DNA of 64,000 nucleotides from Candidatus Dormiibacterota bacterium (lineage in GTDB: Bacteria; Chloroflexota; Dormibacteria; Aeolococcales; Bog-877): the NCBI GenBank assembly GCA_049799515.1, contig JBARIA010000119.1, positions 18,613-82,612 of the forward strand, read 5' to 3'. Numbering within the stretch: position 1 is the first letter of the stretch; each line of letters starts with the position of its first letter. The notes under the pieces are model-generated. The model worked only from the letters and a program-made list of their open reading frames with translations. It was not told where the DNA came from and did no database searches. Shown here piece by piece: positions 37,546 through 46,564 of the stretch. The position numbers and the translations under genes are program-made.

Positions 37546-38492
37546 CCGCACCTGGTGAGATCGTCTACTTCGGCGGAGAGTTCGTGGACCAGGAACGGGC
37601 CCGGGTCCCGATCACCTCCCACGCCTTCAACTACGGCACCGGCTGTTTCGAGGGGATCCGCGCCTACTGGAGTGACCCCCGCGAGCAGCTCTTCGTGATC
37701 CGGCTTAGGGAGCACGGCCAGCGGATCCTGCGCTCGGCGAAAATCCTGCATCTGGAGCCAGATCCCGAGCTCACCGTGGGCAGGTTTGAGCAGATCGTCC
37801 TGGAGCTGCTGGCCCGCAACGACTACCACCAGGACGCCTACATCCGTCCCATCATCTACAAAGGCGGTCACACCATCAAGGTGACCCTAGCCGGGATTCC
37901 CACCGAGTTCTGCTGTTACACGCTGCCGATGGGCGACTACCTGGACATCCGCAAGGGACTCCGGATGATGACCTCCAGCTGGCGTCGAATCGATGACAAC
38001 GCCATTCCGGCCCGGGCCAAGCCGACCGGGGCCTACCTCAATGCCGCCCTGGCTGCCGACGAGGCCCGGTCGCTGGGCTTCGACGAGGCGCTGATGCTGA
38101 CCCACGACGGCCAGGTGGCCGAGGCCTCCTCGGCCAACCTCTTCATGGTCCAGGACGGGGTTGTGATCACCCCCCCGGTCACCGACGACCTGCTGGTTGG
38201 GGTGACCAGGGACTGCGTCATCGCGATGGTCAAGCAGAAGGGCTGGGCGCTGGAAGTGCGTCAGATCGACCGCAGCGAGCTGCTGGCGGCCGACGAGGCG
38301 TTTCTCTGCGGGACCGGGGTGCAGGTCGCCCCGGTGACCAGCATCGATCAACGTCAGGTCGGGGACGGCCAGCTGGGCGAGCTGACCAAGGAGCTCCAGG
38401 ACTGGTACCTGCAGATCATGCGGGGGGAGGTGGAGGACTTCGCCAGCTGGCGCACTTTGGTCGCGCCGCTGGCCCTGCCGGCGAGTCGCTGA
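37542..38492 (+). CDS. Class IV aminotransferase (branched-chain amino acid / D-amino acid aminotransferase family)
   Basis: The ORF track gives 37341..38492. I use ATG 37542 ([43 protein letters not shown]), a typical IlvE-type N-terminus. Confidence 0.85.
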   Translation: [316 protein letters not shown]

Positions 38493-38519
38493 CCGAGCTG
38501 GCTGAAGAGGAGATTGGAA

Positions 38520-38963
38520 ATGGCGCTGGTCCACCTGGTCGAGGAGTCGGAAGCCGAGGGGCTGGTCCAGGAGGTCTACCAGGACATCATGACCAGCCGC
38601 AAGCTGGCCCGGGTGCCCAACTACTGGAAGGCGCTGGCCAACCAGCCGGCGGTGCTGGCGGTCACCTGGGAGAAGCTCAAGACGGTGATGGCCGAAGGTG
38701 CTCTCGATCGACGCACCAAGCAGATCATCGCGGTCGCGGTGTCGGCCACCAATAACTGCGACTACTGCCTGCAGAGCCACACGGACGCGCTCCGGAGCCT
38801 TGGCCTCGGTGACGCCGAACTGGTCGAGCTGATGGCGGTGGTGGACTTCTTCAACGGATCGAACGCTATGGCATCGGGACTGAAAGTTGAGTACGTCCCG
38901 GCGGTGCCGCTGGAGGAGGAGTCGCCCGCCGGGGCATCAACAAACGGAAAGGAGGGGACCTGA
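38520..38963 (+). CDS. Carboxymuconolactone decarboxylase (AhpD-like) family protein
   Basis: CxxC-type motif NNCDYCLQSHT. Preferred start is ATG 38520, with GGAG 7 nt upstream. The track start is TTG 38514. Confidence 0.7.
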   Translation: MALVHLVEESEAEGLVQEVYQDIMTSRKLARVPNYWKALANQPAVLAVTWEKLKTVMAEGALDRRTKQIIAVAVSATNNCDYCLQSHTDALRSLGLGDAELVELMAVVDFFNGSNAMASGLKVEYVPAVPLEEESPAGASTNGKEGT

Positions 38964-40484
38964 ATGGCGACCAGCGAAGCGATATCCCAAGCCGGGAGCC
39001 TGGAGGGCACCGGCCAGCTGCGCAAGGGAAGCCTGCGCACCATCGACGCGGTGGCGATGGCGGTCGCGGTGCTGGCACCGGCGATGGCCATGGCCTACAA
39101 CACCAGCGGGTCGGCGGCCTTCTCGGGCACCTCGACCCCACTGGCGTTCCTGATCGGAGGCATCGGTTGCCTGGCTCTGGGCTTTGTGGTGATCGGATTC
39201 ACCCGCCGGATGGCCTCGGCCGGCTACGCCTACACCTACTCCAGCCGGACGCTGGGCAAGCGGGTGGGCTTCTTGACCGGCTGGATGTACTTCTTCGGGT
39301 TCTTCTGCTTCGTGCCGATGACCATGAGCGGGGTGGGCGGCTTCACCGCCGCCTTGATCCAGACCGAGGTCTGGCACGGGATGCCCAGCTGGTTCTGGTT
39401 CCCTATCTTCCTGGTGGGGATGGCGGCGCTGGTGACCCTCTCCTACCGGGGCGTCAAGCTCAGCGCCCGGGCCCTGCTCTGGGTGGGAGCGGTCACCGTC
39501 ACCGTGATCGTGGTCCTCGACGTCATCCTGACCATCAAGGGGGGAAAGTTCGGCCAGACGCTGCAGCCGTTCACCTTCGGGCACACCCTGCAGGGAGGCT
39601 TCAGTGGCATCTTCTACGGACTGATCTTCGGGGTCACGTCCTTCATCGGCTTCGAGACCGCAGCGGTGCTCGGTGAGGAGACGCGAAACCCCCGCAAGGC
39701 GATCCCGATTTCGGTGCTGGTGGCTGTCTGCTTCGCCATCATCTTCTACGTCTGGACCACCTACAACATCGCCATCGGAGTGGGAGTCAACGCGGCTGGT
39801 TCCAAGGCCTGGGCCGCCAACCCCGCCATCCTGGCCACGCTGGCCAAGACCTTTGTCGGCACGCCGATGATGATCATCGTCGACCTGGCCGCCATCGGCT
39901 CGGCGTTCATCGTCTGCCTGGCCTGCGCTACCGCCGCGACCAGAACCCTCTTTGCGATGGGTCGGGAAGGGGTGCTGCCGAACTGGCTGGGACGCACCCA
40001 TCCAGTCACCCGCACCCCGACCAACGCGATCCTGATGCTCGCCGGAGCGGCCACGATTTCCGCCTTTGTGAGCGGCATCCTTTGGAACCTGGGCCCCTCC
40101 AATAACTATTTCTTCTACGCCAGTGTTGGCACCATTGCGGTGTGCCTCGTCTATGTGGTCCTCTGCGTCGGTGGCTCGGTCTACTTCCGCCGCATCTCGC
40201 AGCGGTACAACCTGCTCGTCCACGGGCTGATCCCGGTGATCGGGATCGCCGTCTTTGGTCTCGCCGTGTACGGTTCCATCTACTCAGGAGCGGTTCCGCC
40301 GGCGCCCTATACCTTCGTGCCCTACGTCAACCTGGGCTGGCTGGTGGTGGGGATCATGCTGGTGGCCTACCTGTCCAAGAGCGCCCCCGAAAAGGTGGGC
40401 CAGATCGGGTCCATCCTGGGCGAGGAGGGCGGGGAGGCGGCCGCGGTTCTGGATCAGCCAGCAATCGCGCCCGCCAGCGGCTAG
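38964..40484 (+). CDS. APC superfamily amino acid/polyamine permease
   Basis: 506-aa ORF with about 12 TM segments. The ATG abuts the upstream stop (TGAATG), with AAAGGAGG upstream. Confidence 0.8.
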   Translation: MATSEAISQAGSLEGTGQLRKGSLRTIDAVAMAVAVLAPAMAMAYNTSGSAAFSGTSTPLAFLIGGIGCLALGFVVIGFTRRMASAGYAYTYSSRTLGKRVGFLTGWMYFFGFFCFVPMTMSGVGGFTAALIQTEVWHGMPSWFWFPIFLVGMAALVTLSYRGVKLSARALLWVGAVTVTVIVVLDVILTIKGGKFGQTLQPFTFGHTLQGGFSGIFYGLIFGVTSFIGFETAAVLGEETRNPRKAIPISVLVAVCFAIIFYVWTTYNIAIGVGVNAAGSKAWAANPAILATLAKTFVGTPMMIIVDLAAIGSAFIVCLACATAATRTLFAMGREGVLPNWLGRTHPVTRTPTNAILMLAGAATISAFVSGILWNLGPSNNYFFYASVGTIAVCLVYVVLCVGGSVYFRRISQRYNLLVHGLIPVIGIAVFGLAVYGSIYSGAVPPAPYTFVPYVNLGWLVVGIMLVAYLSKSAPEKVGQIGSILGEEGGEAAAVLDQPAIAPASG

Positions 40485-40566
40485 TGGCGGGCGGCAACAC
40501 CATCCCCAAGCGGGCTTCGGGTGAGGGCCGACGGGCCCCCACCCGGGCCCACTTCCGCGCCCAGTC

Positions 40567-41664
40567 ATGATCGACAGCCATGGCCACCCGGTCACCGGGG
40601 CGGGCGAGCCGCTCGACCTCAGTGGGATCCACCTGGAGATCGCCAGCGACGGGGAGGCCCGAGCGCTCAGAGCCCAGGCCTCCCCCGGCCGGCTGAGCCA
40701 GGAGCTGATGGCCGTGCGGCTGTCCGCCTACCTCCGTTGCGAGGTGGAAGAGCTAGGTGTGGCCAGGGCCCAGGCCAGCGCCCACTGGCCCGGCTACGTG
40801 GCCGGACTCTTCGCCGACGCCCGCATCGAGGGCCTGGTCTTGGACCCCGGAAGCTACCAGGAGGATCCCGCGCCAGCGACCCAGGAGATGGCCACTATCA
40901 CGGCGACCAAGGTCCGCCCGATCATGCGCCTCGACCCCTTGCTGGACCGGCTCATCTCCGAGGGGCTGACCGCCTCGGAGATCCTTGCGGCCGCCGAGCA
41001 GGCGGTACACCAGGCTCCCGATCAGGGATATGTCGGGCTGAAGACGATCCTCGCCTATCGCACCGGGCTCAAGGTGGACCCCGACGCGACTCTGAAGGAG
41101 GCGGATGCCTCGCTCAAGAACACCAAGGAGCTGCCCACGCGCCGACGGGGCAAGGCGCTCCGCGACCTGATCTGTCGCAAGACGCTGGGCTGGGCCACCG
41201 AACTCGATCTACCGATTCAGTTCCACACCGGCTTCGGCGACTCCGAGCTCCGGCTCAGTGAGGCCGATCCTCTGCTCTTGGAGGAGCTGCTGCTGACCCC
41301 CGAGGGGACAGCCGCCACCGTGGTGCTGATCCATGGTTCCTATCCCTGGCACGAACAGCTGGCCTACCTGACCTTGGTCCGACCCAACGTCCACGCCGAA
41401 CTTTCGCTCTTCAATCTGTTCGCCCCGGTCACGGTCGCCCAGAGGCTGGAGCGGGTGCTGGAGCTGGCACCCGCCTCCCGGGTGATGTGCGGCACCGATG
41501 GCCACGGCTCGCCCGAGACCTACTGGTTCGCTGCCCACGTACTGCGCGAGGCCTGGGCCAAAGTGCGCCAGGACTGGGCGGCTGCAGGGGCCCGCAAGGC
41601 GTGGCTCACGTCACTTGAGGACTCCATCTTTCGGGCCAACGCCGCCCGCCTCTACCGGTTCTGA
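40567..41664 (+). CDS. Amidohydrolase_2 (TIM-barrel metal-dependent hydrolase) family protein
   Basis: 365 aa. N-terminal MIDSHGHP metal-ligand motif, then later ...PIQFHTGFGD... and ...GTDGHG... Confidence 0.7.
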   Translation: MIDSHGHPVTGAGEPLDLSGIHLEIASDGEARALRAQASPGRLSQELMAVRLSAYLRCEVEELGVARAQASAHWPGYVAGLFADARIEGLVLDPGSYQEDPAPATQEMATITATKVRPIMRLDPLLDRLISEGLTASEILAAAEQAVHQAPDQGYVGLKTILAYRTGLKVDPDATLKEADASLKNTKELPTRRRGKALRDLICRKTLGWATELDLPIQFHTGFGDSELRLSEADPLLLEELLLTPEGTAATVVLIHGSYPWHEQLAYLTLVRPNVHAELSLFNLFAPVTVAQRLERVLELAPASRVMCGTDGHGSPETYWFAAHVLREAWAKVRQDWAAAGARKAWLTSLEDSIFRANAARLYRF

Positions 41665-41732
41665 CCGGAACGGTCCATCGCCAGCACGGCCAGCTGCTCC
41701 CGGTGGCAATGGTCACGGGTCAGGCCGGATTG

Positions 41733-42959
41733 CTACTCGTGATCGCCAACGTTGACCGAGAGCGCCCCCTCCATACCGGGAGAAGTGCGTCGGGAGGGAA
41801 TCAATGACTGCCAGCTCTGCCGCTGTCGCCCGGTCAGAGCGAATGCGAGGGGAGTTCGCGCCAAGAGGCCAGTGAGCAGGCCGCAGCCCACAAAGACGAG
41901 CACCACCGTGAAGAGGGACACCACCGGCCAGGGGATGACGCCGTCGAGATTGCGCCAGCCCCAGGCCTCCAGCGGAACAATGAATAGCATTTGAGAGAGG
42001 TAGATGCCGTAGGAGTTGTCGGATCCGGAACGAACCAGTGCCCGCAACCGAGTGGATCGGCGAGCGTCCGCCAGCCAGACCCCCAACAGGTAGAGCGAGC
42101 AGATGGCGCCAATGTAGAAGGGCACCACGATGGGCTGGAAGGGATCTGTCGGCCCGCCCAACCCAATGACGGTACCGGTCGAGTCCAGGGTGTACCAGAG
42201 CTCGGCGACCGCGGCGGCGGCGGCAGTCGCGGCCAGAACCAGATGCGCGTGGCTCCGCAGCCAGGCGTCAATGGTGTCTAGGTGCCAGGCGACGACCATG
42301 CCTCCGACCAAATAGAACTGGTAGGAGGTGAACTCTCGGGACGCGGCGAGTCCCAGCATCCACGACGGCAAGTGCGACCAGTGGATCAGGGAGACGAGCA
42401 CCAACTGAAGCACCAGGCTGATCGAGAGCAGCCACTTGTGATGCCGTTGGGTCGCCCGCAATAGTAGCAAAAATAGGGGGAAAACAAGGTAGAACTGCAT
42501 GATCACGATCAGGTAGTACAGCTGGTAGTAACCGGTACCCACCAGGTATCCCAGGTGAGCTAGTGCGCCCAGCGGTGTGTACGAGACTCCCTTTAGCGGG
42601 AAAACCATGCGAAGGCCGAAGTAGATGAGCGTCCAAGCGAGATACGGGATCCCCACGGCCACGAAACGGCGCTTGTAGAAGCGGCGGTATCCCCCGCGCG
42701 CCAGATCCCGGTAGCTGTAGGTGAGCATGCACGCTGAGAGAAAGAGAAACCCCTCGCGGGTCACGTGGAACAGTAGGATCGACGCGCCAACGGCGATGGC
42801 GCCGCCTGGGGCAAAACCCAACAACGTGTGATTGGAGATCACCCCGACCTGTTTGATCGGCCGCATCGCGTCGACGTGGTCGAGACGCCGTTTGGAATTG
42901 TTCGCGCCGTGAGTCGGGGGAGTGCTCCCCGCTGGTGGCGAGCTCAGTGGGTCTTCCAC
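41733..42959 (-). CDS. Membrane acyltransferase, acyltransferase_3 family
   Basis: 408 aa with about 10 TM segments. The N-terminal RLDHVDAMRPIKQ resembles the conserved R-x-D-x-x-R/G opening of the acyltransferase_3 family. Confidence 0.75.
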   Translation of the reverse strand: MEDPLSSPPAGSTPPTHGANNSKRRLDHVDAMRPIKQVGVISNHTLLGFAPGGAIAVGASILLFHVTREGFLFLSACMLTYSYRDLARGGYRRFYKRRFVAVGIPYLAWTLIYFGLRMVFPLKGVSYTPLGALAHLGYLVGTGYYQLYYLIVIMQFYLVFPLFLLLLRATQRHHKWLLSISLVLQLVLVSLIHWSHLPSWMLGLAASREFTSYQFYLVGGMVVAWHLDTIDAWLRSHAHLVLAATAAAAAVAELWYTLDSTGTVIGLGGPTDPFQPIVVPFYIGAICSLYLLGVWLADARRSTRLRALVRSGSDNSYGIYLSQMLFIVPLEAWGWRNLDGVIPWPVVSLFTVVLVFVGCGLLTGLLARTPLAFALTGRQRQSWQSLIPSRRTSPGMEGALSVNVGDHE

Positions 42960-42997
42960 CGAGAGCTAGTAGTGGCCTTTGGTGGTGGGGCGATGGG

Positions 42998-44686
42998 TCA
43001 CGAGCTGGCCCGCAGGCAGTAGAGGCTCACGGTCTGGCCGACCAGGTGTCGGCGCACCTTGCCGGTGGCGCCAAACGGAAGGTTCTCGACCACGTGAAAT
43101 GCGACCGGCCGCCGGGCCCGCGACAACGACCGCTCGCAGTGCTCCTGGACCCGGTGCACCAGCACTCTGGCCCGGGCCCCGTCCCGCTGGCTGATCGGAA
43201 CTCTGGGCACCAGATAGGCGACCGGGACCTGTCCCATGACCACATCGGCCCGAGCCACGACGGCGACCGCCGCGATCTCGGGGTCGGCCATGATCACCTC
43301 CTCCACTTCGCGAGGGTAGATCTTCTCGCCACCCCGGTTGATCACGTCGTCGGCGCGCCCGACCAGGAATAGGTAGCCATCGTCATCCAGCCGGCCGAGG
43401 TCGCCGGTGTCGAGCCATCCATCCGAGTCGAACCGGTCCTCGTAGCCGGCGCCAAAGTACCGAGTGATAACGCCCGGCCCTCTGATCAGAACCGCTCCAA
43501 CTGCCGTCGACAGGGATCCGATCTCGTCTGGACCGTCCTCAGCCGGTCGACGGGCGCCTTCCCGCTCCCGGTGGCGCCCGGCCGCTAGGGCAGCGGGCAG
43601 CAGGCGCAGTTCGACTCCGATCGGCACTCCCACCGAACCCGGTTTGCGGGTGCCGCTGAGGGGATTGGCGGTGATCTGGCTACCCGCCTCGCTCATCCCG
43701 TATGTCTCGATCACTGGGACGCCGGTGGTGTCCTCGAAGCGCCGAAGAGTCGACACCGGCAGCGGTGCGGAGGCCGACCTGATGAACCTCACCGATGATG
43801 GAACCCGCTCATCCGGATCGAGCGGAACCAACCGGGCGATCACCGCGGGCACAGCATTGATCCAGGTGACTTGCCACCGCTCCATCAGTCGCCAGAAGCC
43901 CTTGCGGTGGAAGCGATCGTCGACCACCAAGGTCGCGCCCGCCAGCAGGGTCGCCAACAGTCCCACCGCCTCCGCGTTGATATGGAAGAGGGGAAGTGGA
44001 TTGAAGCCGCAGTCACTGGGCGTGAGCTGGTGGTGGGAGGCGATGCCGCGCGCGGTATGCAGCAGCTGGGCCTCGGAAAGACAGATCAGCTTCGGTTGGC
44101 CGGTAGTCCCCGAACTGGAGAGGAGGAGACCGCCTGACGTGCCGGCAGGGTGGGCGTCACGGTTGGCAAAGAGATTGCTCGGAGGCACAGGAATCACGGG
44201 CGCGGCCGGCCGCGCGTTTTCCTGCAGTCCTGTCCAGCCGGAGTGGAACGCCAATTCCGGCCTGTCGAAGGATCCGGTTGGTAGCTCGCTCCACCCGTCC
44301 ACAGCTGGGCCGGGAGACGGATGGTCAGCGATCACGATGCGGGGATGAAGCCGCTGGCATACGGCGCTCAGCTCCTCGTCGGGCGCGGCAGGATTGAGTG
44401 GTGCCGCAGTTCTGCCTGAAGCGACCACGGCCAGGAACAGCAGTGAGAAGTCAACCGGGTCTGCCACGGCGATACCTACCACCTGGCCCCGCCGGGCGCC
44501 CAGCTTGGGGAGCAGTGTGCGCCAGCGGTCCACCACTTCGTGGAGCTCGCCGAAGGTGATCCCACGCTCCCCACGTGAATGCTCGAGAAAGGCGTCCTCA
44601 CCGTCGGTTGCGGCCCTACGCCGAATAACTTCAGCCAACTGGGACCCGCGATCAGAAGGCTCAATCTCGGGGATTTCTGCCGCCAT
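42998..44686 (-). CDS. ANL-superfamily adenylate-forming enzyme (acyl-CoA synthetase/ligase-like)
   Basis: 562 aa. AMP-binding motif LLSSSGTTGQPKLI, ETYGMSE, and TGDLGRLDDDGYLFLVGRADDVINRGGEKIYPREVE. The ATG shares 1 nt with the upstream stop (TGATG). Confidence 0.85.
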   Translation of the reverse strand: MAAEIPEIEPSDRGSQLAEVIRRRAATDGEDAFLEHSRGERGITFGELHEVVDRWRTLLPKLGARRGQVVGIAVADPVDFSLLFLAVVASGRTAAPLNPAAPDEELSAVCQRLHPRIVIADHPSPGPAVDGWSELPTGSFDRPELAFHSGWTGLQENARPAAPVIPVPPSNLFANRDAHPAGTSGGLLLSSSGTTGQPKLICLSEAQLLHTARGIASHHQLTPSDCGFNPLPLFHINAEAVGLLATLLAGATLVVDDRFHRKGFWRLMERWQVTWINAVPAVIARLVPLDPDERVPSSVRFIRSASAPLPVSTLRRFEDTTGVPVIETYGMSEAGSQITANPLSGTRKPGSVGVPIGVELRLLPAALAAGRHREREGARRPAEDGPDEIGSLSTAVGAVLIRGPGVITRYFGAGYEDRFDSDGWLDTGDLGRLDDDGYLFLVGRADDVINRGGEKIYPREVEEVIMADPEIAAVAVVARADVVMGQVPVAYLVPRVPISQRDGARARVLVHRVQEHCERSLSRARRPVAFHVVENLPFGATGKVRRHLVGQTVSLYCLRASS

Positions 44687-45096
44687 CAGTACATCATTCG
44701 GTGGTCGCGATAGTGCTTGAACTCGATCAGGTTGTCGGACGGGTCGCGCAGGACGAAGGTGCGGTGCACCTCGGCCCGGCCCTCGAACCTGCTCGTGAGG
44801 TCACTGAAGAAAGGGATCTCGCGCATAACTGCAACCTCATGCACAGCGTCGAAGTCCTCACCGTGCCGGAAGGTAACCCCGAAATGGCGCGGGTACATGC
44901 TCTCTGGACCACCTTTGGATCCAGGATCCCCCGCGGTCAGATGGCAGACCACCTGGTCGCCGAAGAAGTCCAGCGTGATGCGATCGTCGTAGTGGCGGGC
45001 CAGCTTGCAGCCGAGCAGGTCTACGTAGAAGTGCTGGGCAGCCTGCAGGTCGTAGGCCGGGATGGCCACGTGGAAGACGTCACCGGAGTCCCTCAC
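44686..45096 (-). CDS. VOC (glyoxalase/bleomycin resistance/dioxygenase) family protein
   Basis: 136 aa. VFHVAIPAYDLQAAQHFYVDLLGCKL is a typical VOC beta-alpha-beta-beta-beta opening. GTGA overlap with the comA-like stop. Confidence 0.7.
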   Translation of the reverse strand: MRDSGDVFHVAIPAYDLQAAQHFYVDLLGCKLARHYDDRITLDFFGDQVVCHLTAGDPGSKGGPESMYPRHFGVTFRHGEDFDAVHEVAVMREIPFFSDLTSRFEGRAEVHRTFVLRDPSDNLIEFKHYRDHRMMY

Positions 45097-45869
45097 CGAA
45101 CGGCGCCTTCGAACACGGTCAGGGTGTCGGACCGCAACCCGAGGCGCAGTGTTTCCAACGGAATGACGTCGTTGGCCGCCACATTGCCGAGATTGACGTC
45201 GCTGCCGACGCGGCGGACGAAATATGCCTGTAGGGTCGTGGTCGGGGCCTCGAACATCAGCTGGTTAACTGTGAGCTCGCCGCCCAGCAACTCTTCGATG
45301 AGCCCGATGCGAAGTTGGCCATCGCTGCGGCAGATTCCGGAGCGCCCACTTTCCCGCGATTCCAGGGTAACCAGAGAGGCGCCGGCATCCAAGTCCTCGC
45401 AGATGTACTCGATCCAGCGCTTGGGCATCAATTCCTCTGAGCGGGTTGGGTCCTTGAAGCCCACTTCTGAGATCACCGTGAAGTCAGGAGCCAGCTTGCG
45501 GATGTAGTCCGCCTTCTCATGGTTGGACATGGTCACGGTTCCGTTCGACACCTCCACTCGGGTACAGCCGTATTCCTGACAGAGGGCACGGAACTCATCA
45601 AAACGCCGCTGCAGCACGTGCTTTTCGAAGAGTGTGCCGCCGAAGTAGAAATCGATTTCGCGTTCTTGGAGCACCTCGACCTTGCTGCTCAGTTCCCGGG
45701 AGACCAGGGCGGTCCCCCAGCCGAACTTCACCAGGTCGATGAAGTCGCCCGCGCTGTCGATCATGTCACCCAGGGTGCGTAGGGGAAGGCCATCGTCGAG
45801 AACCATGGTCAACCCGGCGTTGCGAGGTTTGGTAGCCCGTGCTGGGAGTCGCAAGGTCGTTTGATTCAT
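45093..45869 (-). CDS. comA: (2R)-phospho-3-sulfolactate synthase (ComA) family protein
   Basis: The ORF track gives 45093..45974. I use ATG 45869, which forms an ATGA overlap with the upstream stop. KPRNAGLTMVLDDGL...GDFIDLVKFGWGTA...FYFGGTLFE...GCTRVEVSNGTV...VISEVGFKD matches my recollection of the ComA family pattern. Confidence 0.75.
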   Translation of the reverse strand: MNQTTLRLPARATKPRNAGLTMVLDDGLPLRTLGDMIDSAGDFIDLVKFGWGTALVSRELSSKVEVLQEREIDFYFGGTLFEKHVLQRRFDEFRALCQEYGCTRVEVSNGTVTMSNHEKADYIRKLAPDFTVISEVGFKDPTRSEELMPKRWIEYICEDLDAGASLVTLESRESGRSGICRSDGQLRIGLIEELLGGELTVNQLMFEAPTTTLQAYFVRRVGSDVNLGNVAANDVIPLETLRLGLRSDTLTVFEGAVR

Positions 45870-46564
45870 CGGAGCGCTCCGTCTGCCACCCGGCGCGAGG
45901 AGCTGGGTGTTTGGTTGCTGGCCTCGGAGGGCACTACGCGACGCACCACCAGGCCGTTCTCGATCGCTAGCCATGCCATCTCGTCAGGTCCCGTTCCGAC
46001 GAGCAGGGCCAGCAAGACGCGCACCATTCCGCCGTGAGTTACCAGCACCAGGTCGCCGGGCTCGGGAAGCTGTTGAATTGCTTCGACGATATCGGCGGCC
46101 CGCGCGTAGAGTTCCCGGATCGACTCTCCGTTGGGAGGGGCGGCATCGGCGTCGGTCACCCGTCCGTAGCGGATGCCTGAGAACCGTGGAGAGAGAGTCC
46201 GAGTCCCTGTTCCTTCAGCCCGGCCGTAGCTTCGCTCGCGCAACCGGCGATCTGACCCCACCGGAAGGCCCAGAGCGGCGGCTATCGGATCCGCGGTCTG
46301 CAGAGCACGCTGCAGGTCACTCGACCAGACCACTCCCACCGGTTCGTCAGCCAGTTGGCGGGCCACTTCCTGGGCCTGGGCCACTCCCCGCCGGGTTAGC
46401 ACGGGCACCTGGGTCTGCCCCTGCACCAGACCGCGGGCGTTCCAGGTGCTCTCCCCATGGCGAACCAGCCAGATCACCCGTTCGCTCGGCGCGGGATCGA
46501 TCACCAGACCAGTCTTTCGGCCAACCCTTAGGTTCCGGTGAGGTATTGCTGGGCACGGCCTCAA
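45866..46564 (-). CDS. Histidine phosphatase superfamily protein (phosphoglycerate-mutase-like)
   Basis: Contains the RHGES catalytic motif (VIWLVRHGESTWNARGLVQGQ) and later VTHGG. The start is uncertain: TTG 46564, or one of the in-frame GTGs further in. Confidence 0.75.
   Translation of the reverse strand: MRPCPAIPHRNLRVGRKTGLVIDPAPSERVIWLVRHGESTWNARGLVQGQTQVPVLTRRGVAQAQEVARQLADEPVGVVWSSDLQRALQTADPIAAALGLPVGSDRRLRERSYGRAEGTGTRTLSPRFSGIRYGRVTDADAAPPNGESIRELYARAADIVEAIQQLPEPGDLVLVTHGGMVRVLLALLVGTGPDEMAWLAIENGLVVRRVVPSEASNQTPSSSRRVADGALR

Noticed and set aside
36331-37551. 406-aa minus-strand ORF opposite the cupin and SDR genes
   Set aside because: The composition is skewed to Arg/Gly/Leu/Pro with no motif. 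The plus strand carries two genes with clear family motifs and translational coupling.
38937-40223. 428-aa minus-strand ORF opposite the APC permease
   Set aside because: It is a shadow ORF with highly charged Gly/Arg/Asp/His-rich translation. The plus strand gives a coherent 12-TM permease.
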